From contig CATNEN010000003.1 in assembly GCA_950097015.1 (NCBI GenBank), positions 14,818,001 to 14,882,000 of the forward strand: 64,000 nucleotides of DNA. Reading direction: 5' to 3'. The stretch is from Macrostomum hystrix. Taxonomy: Eukaryota > Animalia > Platyhelminthes. The notes below the pieces were generated by a model. It made no database searches and was not told the DNA's origin. It saw only the letters and a list, made by a program, of their open reading frames with translations. A program made the translations under genes and the position numbers. This document shows positions 25,070-36,658 of this stretch, in pieces. Position 1 is the stretch's first letter; every line of letters begins with the position of its first letter.

Positions 25070-25896
25070 CTTCTTCGTTCGCTGTCCGAAGACAGTCTCA
25101 GAAGCGGCTTGGGCAGCCAATCCGACAACATTTTCAACGTCCTTCCACAGGTTGGCAACAAATGTGTCGCTAGAATTCTGCAGCACAGCGACAACATTCT
25201 CATTTAGCGGATCCTGATTCTTCTGCAACCAATTATCGGCTGAATAATCCACACGGCCGGCGTAATGAAAAATGGCGAAGCCGTTGGTTGCAGCTGTATT
25301 GCGTTTCATAGTGGCCTTGGCATATTTCGGATGCTGATCAAAGTTCTTCTGCAGCTTCTCTACAAAACTCTTATCCGTGGCCTTGGGAAACCAGCACTCC
25401 TCGTCTAGGATGGCAAAGATGCCCATTTGCTGCTTGTCAATCATTGGCGTCTTCTCAATTAGATCGATAGTTGGCTGCAGATCCAAGCCGAAGTCGATGA
25501 ACTTCCATTCGATGCCCTCCTTCTGGTATTCCTCCTGTTCCAGGACGAACATGGTGTGATTGAACAGCTGCTGCAGCTTCTCATTAGTATAGTTAATGCA
25601 CAACTGTTCGAATGAGTTCAATTCGAAGATTTCAAAGCCGGCAATATCCAGGATGCCAATGAAATGAGCGCCTTGGCGAGCCTTGCTGCGATCCAATGAG
25701 CGGTTGATGCGAGTCACTAGCCAGCGGAATAGGCGCTCATAGATAGCCTTAGAGATGGCCTCCACAGCGAACACCACTTGTTCCTGATTCTGGGATTTGT
25801 TGACGAAATCGCGGCCAACTTTGATGCGCGGCCGCAGGAATGCGCGAACTAGATCGTTCAGCTGCAGGCCGAGCAGGTGGCAAGCTTTCTGGGCGT
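25070..25896 (-). CDS. zip: Myosin II heavy chain exon 9 (switch II, relay)
   Basis: [41 protein letters not shown]. Confidence 0.97.
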
Positions 25897-26019
25897 CTGC
25901 GGGTGGTAGGGAGGATTTAGTGAAGCGATTGTGAGACCATGCATTAGCGATTGATCCGTTTGCTATCTTGTCTCAGGACCCCTCTCGTACGCTATCTCTA
26001 GATCTCTCTATAGACGCCC

Positions 26020-26670
26020 CTTTCTTTCCTGTCTCTACACACCTCTCTCTTTCCTGTCTCTAAACCCCTCTCTCTTTCCTATTTATAGATTCCTCTATTT
26101 CCTGTCTATAAACCCCTCTCTCTTTCCTGTCTATAAACCCCTCTCTCTTTCCTGTCTATAAACCCCTCTCTCTTTCCTATTTATAGATTCCTCTATTTCC
26201 TGTCTATAGATTCCTCTCTTTTCTGTCTATAAACCCCTCTCTCTTTCTAATTTATAGATTCCTCTATTTCCTGTCTATAGATTCCTCTCTTTTCTGTCTA
26301 TAAACCCCTCTCTCTTTCCTATTTATAGATTCCTCTATTTCCTGTCTATAGATTCCTCTCTTTTCTGTCTATAAACCCCTCTATATTTCCTGTCTATAGA
26401 TTCCTCTCTTTTCTGTCTATAAACCCCTCTCTCTTTCCTGTCTATAGATTCCTCTCTTTCCTGTCTATAGATTCCTCTCTTTTCTGTCTATAAACCCCTC
26501 TATATTTCCTGTCTATAGATTCCTCTCTTTTGTCTATAAACCCCTCTCTCTTTCCTGTCTATAGATTCCTCTCTTTCCTGTCTATAGATTCCTCTCTTTT
26601 CTGTCTATAAACCCCTCTCTATTTCCTATCTATAGATTCCTCTCTTTTCTGTCTCTAGATGCCTTTCCTC
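26020..26670. repeat. Pyrimidine-rich ~23/25-bp compound minisatellite (CTATAAACCCCTCTCTCTTTCCTGT / CTATAGATTCCTCTCTTTTCTGT)
   Basis: Alternating related units. Confidence 0.9.
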
Positions 26671-26912
26671 TATGTCTTTAGATCACTTTCGTCTGTCTCC
26701 ATAGATTTCCCTCTTTCCTGTCTGTAGATTCCTATAGATTGCATAAAAATTCTACAGACTTCCTCTTTAATGTCTCTAGATACCTCACCAGTCTCTTAAA
26801 ATCCTTTTCCTAGATTCCCCTCTTTCGTGCCTCATTCCAGTTTCTTAATCCTAGTTTAATAACAAAGGTAATAATGAATTAAAAATAAATCTAGACAAAA
26901 CCATCAACTCAC

Positions 26913-27008
26913 TAGTGCTATCGGGCATTGTGGCCTGATCTGAATTTCTCTCCTGTTTGAATTCGATGGCGCCCAACTGTAGAACGGCGCTAATAACGCG
27001 AAAGATGG
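26913..27008 (-). CDS. zip: Myosin II heavy chain exon 8
   Basis: [29 protein letters not shown]. 96 nt. Confidence 0.93.
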
Positions 27009-27091
27009 CTGAAAGATTGCAATAAGGAATGCAAGTGAAACTGACCTTCTAAATTGATAGTTTTCGGAGTTAAAGTGCTATAGTAACTCAC

Positions 27092-27235
27092 AGTGCCTCT
27101 CCTCTCCGCTGATACCCATAATCTCCATGGCCTGCAGAGTCTCGTCAAGAGCTGTCTTATCGTCAACGCCGGCCACTGGTACGCGGCCATTAGTGAGGTA
27201 CTTGTAGTTCTTGAAGTCCTCCAATAGTAGAGACC
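27092..27235 (-). CDS. zip: Myosin II heavy chain exon 7
   Basis: LLLEDFKNYKYLTNG...AMEIMG. 144 nt. Confidence 0.93.
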
Positions 27236-27490
27236 CTAGCAACCGTTGTCAATGCCGGTTTAGAGTTTTGAAATCAAATATTTCTTACTCAAAGCAACCG
27301 CTATTTCTAGTCGATCGTTTAAATAAGAAGTTAAAAAAAGTAACGATTACTGTTGACGCATTTATTTGAACAATGGTGAAAAAATAAACGATTACCTTGA
27401 GTTGCTTTTCAAAGGGCCATATAATTAGTGGTCCGGAAAATTTAGCTGTTTATCAAATTGTAATAAAGAAAACTAAAAGTAAACACTTAC

Positions 27491-27589
27491 GAATCATCTC
27501 ATTGTCGCGAGTAGACAACAGCTGATAGAATATGTGAAAACAGCGTTCATCCTTAGCCTGTTGAATAACTCGAGCCTTCTCTAGCAGAT
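27491..27589 (-). CDS. zip: Myosin II heavy chain exon 6
   Basis: YLLEKARV...[11 protein letters not shown]. 99 nt. Confidence 0.95.
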
Positions 27590-28122
27590 CTAAACAGTTG
27601 ATTTTAAATTCACTCAATTTAAGGAAAATTCAAACAGAAGCGGCACGTGCTACTCATAAACTATAAAGCGATTATTTCAATTTTTTTCAACCATTGTAGC
27701 AGAATGGCCACAGCAAAAAACACTAGTCTGTATAGAATCAAAACACAAACACACAATAGTGTGAGTCAATCTATACAATTTCCATTTAGTTCTCACTTAA
27801 TTCATTCATTCTCAAGCATTCTCAACTGTACACCTATTTCTGTTCAAACTGCAGCCCTAAAAGAAAAAAACTAACTATAACTAGTCTGTATAGTCCTAGC
27901 CAGGACCAGATTTAACAGGCGGCAAGTCAAGAATAGCAAGAGAATGAGCTTTCTATTACTGTTCTGACCCTAGATCTGTTCTGTGAAATAAACAATCAAC
28001 TGTGCGCTGACACTAGACACAAGCCAGGCTTGAAGGGCTAGAAGACACACTAACAGTGTTTTGGCTTAAACATAAAATGGGAAATTATTACCCGATGTTG
28101 AACGCTTATTGTGAAAAATAAC

Positions 28123-28450
28123 AGCCTACTCAACACTCCCTACACCTACTAAGCACTCCCTACACCTACTAAGCACTCCCTACACCTACTAAGCACTCCC
28201 TACACCTACTAAGCACTCCCTACACCTACTAAGCACTCCCTACACCTACTAAGCACTCCCTACACCTACTAAGCACTCCCTACACCTACTAAGCACTCCC
28301 TACACCTACTAAGCACTCCCTACACCTACTAAGCACTCCCTACACCTACTAAGCACTCCCTACACCTACTCAACACTCCCTACACCTACTCAACACTCCC
28401 TACACCTACTCAACACTCCCTACACCTACTCAACACTCCTTACACCTACC
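28123..28450. repeat. 20-bp minisatellite (TACACCTACTAAGCACTCCC)
   Basis: About 16 near-identical units. Confidence 0.95.
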
Positions 28451-29229
28451 CTAAACTCACTCCCTTCATCTAAATGATACAGCCTGCTATCATATCCTTT
28501 TCACAATGTTACATGCTTTATTCTACAGAGAATTGTGTATTGCACTTTAAACCAAGCAATGTTTAATTCTATGCATATGATTATCTACTGAGCAAATAAA
28601 AAATTTGCCCACAACTTAAATTAAGCCAAAAAACCTATAATCCTTATTAAAACTCTCTGTCCCTCTCTCACCTCTATAAATCTACATTGGTCGACCTTAA
28701 TAAGCGCTTTTGCGATTGTGAGTTAAGTACAGCTTGTGTATGCGCGCAAAGCTAAACCATATAGAAATAAATAAATAATTAATTTTATCTTTGCTTTAAC
28801 CAGCGTTTCTAAAGACAGGAAAGAGAGCGAGTGAAACCAAGAGTTAAAGCACCAAATAAAAATGCTGTTTTTTATATAAGCAGCGAAATTTTAAACTGAA
28901 ACAATAATAAAGGTGAGATATAGACTCGATAGGTCTATTTCTCTTTACCTTTTAGAGAAAATGGTCCTGAACAAATAATAATTTCTAATATGCGCGCTCA
29001 CAAATGGGTGTGCCACGCAATATGTCAATGGGGTGGTTGGCTTAACTAGGGGTCTAATGTAGAATATAAAATGCAAGAATTATTATTAACGCCTGGATAA
29101 AGGACATTTCAATCAGACAAAATAAGGCAGTAATAACCTTTAGACAACAACTTTTTTAAGTCTGCAAAGTTTCAAAAGAGACAAAAGAAAACCTCGTTCC
29201 TCCCAACCTTGGCTTTAACGCACCTTCAT

Positions 29230-29950
29230 TCCTTCCTCCATTCCCCAATCCCAGACTCGCTTGTCTCAGCCTTCCCTCTATCCCACCCTTTCCTTCCAGC
29301 CTTCCCTCTATCCCACCCTCATTCCTTCCAGCCTTCCATCTCTGCCACCCTCATTCCTTCCAGCCTTCCCTCTATCCCACCCTCATTCCTTCCAGCCTTC
29401 CCTCTATCCCACCCTCATACCTTCCAGCCTTCCATCTCTGCCACCCTCATTCCTTCCAACCTTCCATCTCTGCCACCCTCATTCCTTCCAGCCTTCCCTC
29501 TATCCCACCCTCATACCTTCCAGCCTTCCATCTCTGCCACCCTCATACCTTCCAGCCTTCCATCTCTGCCACCCTCATTCCTTCCAACCTTCCCTCTATC
29601 CCACCCTCATTCCTTCCAGCCTTCCCTCTATCCCACCCTCATTCCTTCCAGCCTTCCCTCTATCCCACCCTCATTCCTTCCAGCCTTCCCTCTATCCCAC
29701 CCTCATTCCTTCCAGCCTTCCCTCTATCCCACCCTCATTCCTTCCAGCCTTCCCTCTCTATCCCACCCTCATTTCTTCCTCCATTCCCCAATCCCAGACT
29801 CGCTTGTCTCAGCCTTCCCTCTATCCCACCCTCATACCTTCCAGCCTTCCATCTATCCCACCCTCATTCCTTCCAGCCTTCCATCTATCCCACCCTCATT
29901 CCTTCCAGCCTTCCCTCTATCCCACCCTCATTCCTTCAAGCCTTCCCTCT
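29230..29950. repeat. 32-bp pyrimidine-rich minisatellite (CAGCCTTCCCTCTATCCCACCCTCATTCCTTC)
   Basis: Tandem units. The flank CCATTCCCCAATCCCAGACTCGCTTGTCT is duplicated inside the array. Confidence 0.95.
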
Positions 29951-30739
29951 AACCCACCACCTACCTTAATCTCTAACGCGGTGGCATGTGTTTTCAAATT
30001 TTCCAATGTTCATTTATTTATTTACTTCCACAGCGCAAAGAGCGCAAACAGCGCAAAGAGCGCAAACAGCGCAAAGAGAAATTAATTCTGCTGGCAACAA
30101 AATACCCACACACCTGACTAATTAGCAACTGCTCGACTTCTAAAGACACTAGTGCCAATTCTTCTTTAAGTCTTGATTTAAGCAATTGCATTGCTTAGGG
30201 AATGGCAACACTAGACTTTAGATAGCCTTATTAGGACGTCAAACAATTCTCGAAAGAGCTAACCAGTGCAAACACAGTCAGACTTGTTGCCGAGAAACTT
30301 ACAAAATCTGTCTTCAATCAGCAACTGTTAGATGTTTAATTTCAATTTCGCTTCGTGTCAGAACTGTCAAGGGTTAAAGATTTTAACACACTAGTGCAAT
30401 TTCACATGCTTCTAGTCGTATAATAAACAGTTATAAAGATGTGTGCTAACCCGTCCCACTTGTTTGTTTTCCTAACATAAATTGCGCAAAATGTTCAGCA
30501 AATTCAAATGCAATATTAATATTATTCTGTTGCATTTAGTGTGTGAAACACTAGAAATTACTGAAACCACCAGATGTAGCTAAGTTATTGCTGCAGTTCT
30601 ACACAACTTGTCGATGAAAAGTTGCAGACTAATATTTTCCAAACATTTTTGCGTTCTAGTAACATTCAAAACAAAATTTGACAGTAAAATAATTTATATA
30701 AATCTTTTTAAACGACAATTTGCAATAATAAAAGGATAC

Positions 30740-30803
30740 AGGTCTCGATATTCGCGCCAGAGATGAAACCGGTGGTGTCAAAGTTAATGCGAATAAATTT
30801 GCC
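30740..30803 (-). CDS. zip: Myosin II heavy chain exon 5
   Basis: [21 protein letters not shown]. 64 nt. Confidence 0.95.
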
Positions 30804-30880
30804 CTACAAAAAAGTAAGGTGAAGTTTTATATAGTAATAGCAAATAAGAAGAAAGGACAATAGATAATAGACAATTGTTA

Positions 30881-30979
<99 letters not shown>

Positions 30980-31328
30980 CTAAAAAATAAAAAAACAACG
31001 GGATAGCAACTAAATATCTACTACTCTCATTATGAAATGAAACGAAATAAGCATAAGAAATAATAATAATAACAATAGCCGCATTCACTTGTTACACAAC
31101 CCACCCAATGGTAAATACAGTTTAGGATATTTGTTGCATACCAACAAGGCTTTGCAATTAAGCTTAAAAAACTAACGAAATCGTAAATACTTCAAGGCCA
31201 AAAACTATATTCTCCCTGTGAAAATAATCCAAATAATATTTTATTGTACTGTGAAAAATACGTATTGTTGCTTAAGCAATTTATAAAGTTGAAATATAAC
31301 ATTTATTGTTAATAAAAGTCTTTATTAC

Positions 31329-31349
31329 CTGGCCAAAAACATTCCCTTG
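31329..31349 (-). CDS. zip: Candidate 21-nt loop-1 microexon (QGNVFGQ)
   Basis: ctttgacag|...|gtaata, phase 0/0. Confidence 0.55.
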
Positions 31350-31444
31350 CTGTCAAAGATTAAGAAAATTGTTTCAGACAATTAGAACTAAAGAAGAATA
31401 ATAACAAAAGTCTATAGACAATACGACACCAATTATCATGTCAC

Positions 31445-31459
31445 CTTCTCAGAAGAAAA
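31445..31459 (-). CDS. zip: Candidate 15-nt loop-1 microexon (FSSEK)
   Basis: tttttttag|...|gtgaca, phase 0/0, weaker donor. Confidence 0.4.
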
Positions 31460-31603
31460 CTAAAAAAAGTAATAATTAAATGGTGAAAACGTTATAACAG
31501 TTGTGAGAGAGGAAAATGAATATAAGTTACTGATAACAAAGAAAGCATATTCATTTCTAGGAAAATAATTCGAGAACAGAAACTTATACATTGCGAAACT
31601 TAC

Positions 31604-31627
31604 AATGTTGATATCCTTACGATAGAA
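31604..31627 (-). CDS. zip: Candidate 24-nt loop-1 microexon (FYRKDINI)
   Basis: tttttag|...|gtaagt, phase 0/0. Confidence 0.55.
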
Positions 31628-31771
31628 CTAAAAACGAGAATCAAAAGCAGATAATCCACATGATATAATTTCATCTCTGATTTGGAAAGTAGATGAAGAA
31701 GCTAGAGAAAAAGTTTCTGATCTGCTATATGTAAAAAGGCAATGTTTTATAGTCGATAAAAGGCAACTTAC

Positions 31772-31946
31772 ATGCGACAGGGAAGTAGAAACGGAGCCCG
31801 AACGACCACCAGTCTGACCAGTTGAGCTGCCGCCAGTTGTTGGACCAGAAGATGACGCCGTGGAAGTCTTCATTGATGAGGCAACAAAGGCTAGGTACTG
31901 AATTACTTTCTTCGTGTTCTCAGTTTTACCAGCACCGGATTCGCCG
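31772..31946 (-). CDS. zip: Myosin II heavy chain exon 3 (P-loop and loop 1)
   Basis: [19 protein letters not shown]. Confidence 0.97.
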
Positions 31947-32013
31947 CTAAATTAGTAACAGACAGTATGTGTCATATTTGCACTTAAAAAATATAACTAA
32001 AAAATGAACTTAC

Positions 32014-32198
32014 GTGCAAAGAATGCTCTGGTCCTCACGATTCTCCAGCATAGATCGATAAGCCTGATCGGCGATGGCAAAGATGTGCGGTGGGCAGTCG
32101 GCTCGCTTCTTACCTTTGTAGGCTTCAATGACATGCTCGCTGTAGATTGGCAGTCGCTTGTAGGGATTGATCACAACGCAGAATAGGCCCGAGTAGGT
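32014..32198 (-). CDS. zip: Myosin II heavy chain exon 2
   Basis: [19 protein letters not shown]...REDQSILCT. Confidence 0.97.
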
Positions 32199-34320
32199 CT
32201 GTTTAAAACGGACAAGATGAGATCAACATATGCTAGATGGCGTGCAATACTTTTATGAGAGAAAAAACCCACACTAAATGAAGCAGTAACTAGAAATAAG
32301 TTAAAAATCAAGCAATCAAGCATTCTATTCTTAATTTGTATCTTTTATGTTCCCTTCTCTTTTAAGGGAGAGCTACTACTAGATTCCTAGAGCTATTGTC
32401 CTAAAGCCTAAAAACATGTTGACACCAAACATAAAGTCACTATAAGTAAACCTTATAAGTAAAGCATATGTTGTACCACTTATTAACATAATAAATAGAT
32501 ATAAGCAACAAAAAGAGTCATTGTTTCATTTTAAGTACATGCTTAAGCATGACTACCTATATAATCATAACAAAAACTATATATCTGACCTTCTATAAAA
32601 GATCAATACAAAAAGTTATAACCAATAGTTCTTCTATGATTTTGAATACAACTATAGGAAGATACAGATTTAGGTATTGTTTTAGGAAACTTTTTGTCCC
32701 AAATCTTTGGATTTCCACCATAAAAAAATAATTTAAACATTATTTTTATTGAAAGTGGTCAGGCTTTAAAATGTACAAAAAGCTAGCCTAATTATTTCTT
32801 TTTTTCAAATACAAATACCTAATTAAAGCAAACAAAGAAAAATTGCCAGAAAAACAAACTCTTAGTTTACTATTGCAATAGATGATTAAATTTCTAATAG
32901 GCACTAATCTAATCTACAGCTTTAGGCTTAAAAAACCCAATGCACAATTGCAACTTATTTCATAATTTACATGTTCAAATGAACTTAAGGAAAGCTAAAA
33001 AAAATTTTAACACTTCTTTCTTAGATTTTATAATGTAGAGTAAAACAATTTTTTTAAATAGTGAGGTAACTTTACAGGGTGCCAGGCTTTTTGGCGACAT
33101 GAAAAATTGTGACTTTGGTGACAAGTAATTTGGCAACAAGTATGTCACCAATAACAATGATGCTTTTTGTCTGAGTACAACAGTGTGTTTCCAAGAGCGT
33201 TCTAACTCAATCAAAGCAAAGTCAATCCAATTGTCATTAAAAACTGTAGACCCAAAAGCCGCGCAAATGACGTAATGCCCTCACCCACCCCCGACCGTGA
33301 AACCAGGGGGCTTTCTTCTGACAGTTTTCTCTATTCTTTATGCTGAAAATGTACACCAATTTCCGATTAATGAAAGGAAGTCTGAAGGACTGCGATCTGA
33401 GGAGGCACTGCTGGAAGCCTGCAGTCGGCTAAATGTTCTACAGCTAAATGCCCTTTAATGCTTTTAACATAATGCAATGCTGTTCATTCTTTTTGGTGTG
33501 AATCTTATGCTAACTTTTCCTTTTAAGACACTCTTTTGATGCATGTCTAATGTACTGTATCTCCACACAGTCATGTCTTAATGTTAAGTACTTTAACTTT
33601 GTGAATTTTAGCTTCGTGCTACAGCAACGTACCACATTTTACAACAAATTACTTGAAACATTTGTATTTGCATGCATGGTACTTAAGATGTGGCTATACA
33701 ATAAAATTTACATTTAAATTTAATAAATGAGGACACCACAGTACACGTGGTTCGCTCAAACAATTGGTCAGTCTCTTTAGGTTGGTGGGTACAAAGTGAG
33801 AGTGTGGATATTTATCAAGCTTCTTATCCCAACAAACAATCAGCACGTCATAGGATTGCTTGTCATAGCACATGTGTTTGTTACATTTAACAAAAAAGGA
33901 AAGTATTTTGTAGGCTGTAGGCGGTTACTGTAGGATATAGATGCATTGGTTTTGTTAGTAAGAAGAGACTAAATACGAGTAAATAGCCATAGAAAGTGAT
34001 TTGTGAAAGTGAAAGAGAAACTTTTTGCCAAATTTAACATAGCTTGTTGCTGAAGTCACAATTTTCAATGTTGCCAAAATGCCTGGAATCCATTCTACAC
34101 TATATTCAGCATATTAGGTACATGCCAAAAAAGATCAACTGACTTTGCAAAGCATTACATAGCTTCAGAAGGTACTCCTCAAAGATTAAAACTTGTATTG
34201 TCCACATAATTCTGCAGGCTAGGCCTATTCTCATTAAAAAAATTAGCTATGGACTATGGCTTTATAATATATTGTAGATCTAGCATTCAATATAGGATAA
34301 AAATGGTAAAAAAATCTTAC

Positions 34321-34674
34321 ATAAATTAGGTCTGAGAAATACCGGTCCCTAAGGTTGTGCAAAACGCAGGCCTCATTTAGATTAGACAGCTCGGACATGT
34401 CCTCCTTTTTCGTGAACTTTGGAGGATTCATTCTTTGAATGTCGTCTTTAGCTACCTTTCGGAGCTCATTTGTATCAGTAAGTTCAACAACAACATCTTC
34501 ACCTTCTTCTTTTTTCAAACTTGCAGAAACGAATCCCTGGGTTTCATGAGGAACCCAAACAAGTTTCTTTGCAGCCCACTGCTGTTCTTGGGCGGGATCG
34601 CTTACTAAACTGTTAGATGATGCCACTGTCAGTGGTCTTAAAGCCTGCGCACGAATATCGGCATCAGATGCCAT
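34321..34674 (-). CDS. zip: Myosin II heavy chain first coding exon (SH3-like N-terminus)
   Basis: [37 protein letters not shown]; non-muscle type. Confidence 0.95.
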
Positions 34675-36057
34675 AACTGTGGCAAGAACGATTTAGGCAC
34701 AATCCGATAAGTATTCAATAAGAAGTAGCTGCAACGCAACAAAAAGCGATAATCAAGTTAGCAAGAATGGCCTAAGATGATTCAGAAAGGAAATAAAGGA
34801 ATTTAAATAATTTATATTTCTAAAACACAGATAAACAAATAAATAAATATTACAAAGGTTATTTGTAAAAACAAGTGTCTAACTTAATCGCAAAATATTG
34901 TATAATTATATTTTATGAAATAATTTTTAACGAAATTATTGCTAAAAATTTAATTAATTTAGCAAAAACTTAGAAGCACTAAATTTTTTAAAACCAAGGA
35001 CAACAAGGAGTAAGACTCTGCTATTAAGATGTCCCTTAATAAAGTATAATTTGTTTTACAAGCTTGAGTCATCAACGCATTTTTATAGCTTAATTTATTT
35101 ATTTATTATACATTGGTTAAAAACTACATTTTTAGCATTTTTTGCAGACAACAAAGCCGCTGATGGAATTTATCTAACGGGTGATCAGGTCTTAGAAATT
35201 TCAATCACGGTTAACATGTTAAACAAAAGTAGGTGCAATGTTCATTTTTTTGCATTAAAGTCTGTCTTCACATTAAATCAGTATAACAACATTATTTTTT
35301 AAAAATTATGGTAAAATATTGCAACTGTAATGTTATGATGTGAGTAATCATTAGAATTTTTGCGAAAATCAAGGTTAATGATGAAAAGTGTCAATTAGAA
35401 TCAGAGGGTTCCAGTTTGTGGCATATCGGCCTATCTACACTACAAAAACAATATTAGAATTGGCTTAACTGGCTTCTTGTCTGTGCCGAAATATTACCAC
35501 TTCTTTTAATACTACAGAGACTACTTGCCTTTTTCAAAAACCTTACCGTCCTTAGCTAGTCGGACTAGTCAGTCAATATTTTTTGGTCAATCCATAGACT
35601 GACTAGAGTCTGTTAATTTCTGGCACTAGGCCCTAATATTTTATCGTCAATCATCAATATTATCTATCTAATCTAAAATCTTCATGTGATCCTCTTTGCT
35701 ACTAACCCAAACCCAAAATGGTTAAGATCATGATACTCATAACTGAGTCTAAAAAGTGGACAATGTTGGAAATGACAATATGATATGATAAAAGATATGA
35801 GTAGGCCTAATGACCAATAAAAAAGTGTATTAAGTTTTTTTAATTTTTTTTGTAAAAAATAGCAGATTTTTTATGTGTAACAGCTCCTACTTATTGTCAT
35901 TAAAATTTTTGTTAATAAATGGTCATTTATCACTGTTACTTTTTGTGGTAGACTAAGGCTCCCCAGTCCCCATTGTTGTCTTTGTCTCCAGGTCTAAAAA
36001 TTAGCCTAGTTGTTTTTATAAATTCAATGATGTAAAATTAAGAATATGTAACTTTTG

Positions 36058-36658
36058 GGCAATCTTGCAGTTTTGCACGTTTTATTATTTTTATTTTCAA
36101 AATGGTGCCAGAACATGTTACACGTCATTTGATGTGGCAGATGGTGCATGTCTATGGTTAAACCCATGAGATGCAGATAAAAGGGGGATTCCAACTGAAG
36201 CTGAAAGAATAACTTTAATTTGACAACTCAATCTCAAGTTTCCAACATGGCAGGATATCCACCAGCTCCAACAACCATTGTACCACCTGTCAATCACTGG
36301 CTCAACTTCGTGGACCCCAACAATCCAATGGTCCATACCAACACCATTGAAGGCACATGGGCCCATATCAAGGCCAGACTGCAGTCTATGCATGGAACAT
36401 CAAAGGCGCTATTCAAGAGACACACCTAGAAGATTTTCTCTGGCGCCAGTGCTTCCCGGGGAAGATCTTTGGGAATCTTCCATTCTGTGTGGCTCACTAC
36501 TACCCCATGTAATTGGTGCAGACTCTGAGGTTTCTAGCATGTGTTTGACTGTCTCTTGTTATCTCCTGTTGCATTTTCTTATGTTGTGTTTTGTTATGTT
36601 GCCTTCTGAAATGATTTAAAATTAAAAATAATTAAACATGTTAAACTGCAAGATTGCC
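36058..36658 (+). mobile_element. Merlin (IS1016/ISXO2-like) DNA transposon, internally deleted
   Basis: TIRs GGCAATCTTGCAGTTT, extending imperfectly to ~44 bp. Perfect 8-bp TSD AACTTTTG. Transposase remnant VNHWLNFVDP...HTNTIEGTWAHIK and, after a frameshift, HLEDFLWR. Confidence 0.92.

Larger units (their letters stand above)
27590..30739 (-). other. U12-type (minor spliceosome) GT-AG intron in myosin II
   Basis: Donor GTATCCTTTT. Branch site TTTTCCTTAAA ~30 nt upstream of the AG. Confidence 0.85.
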
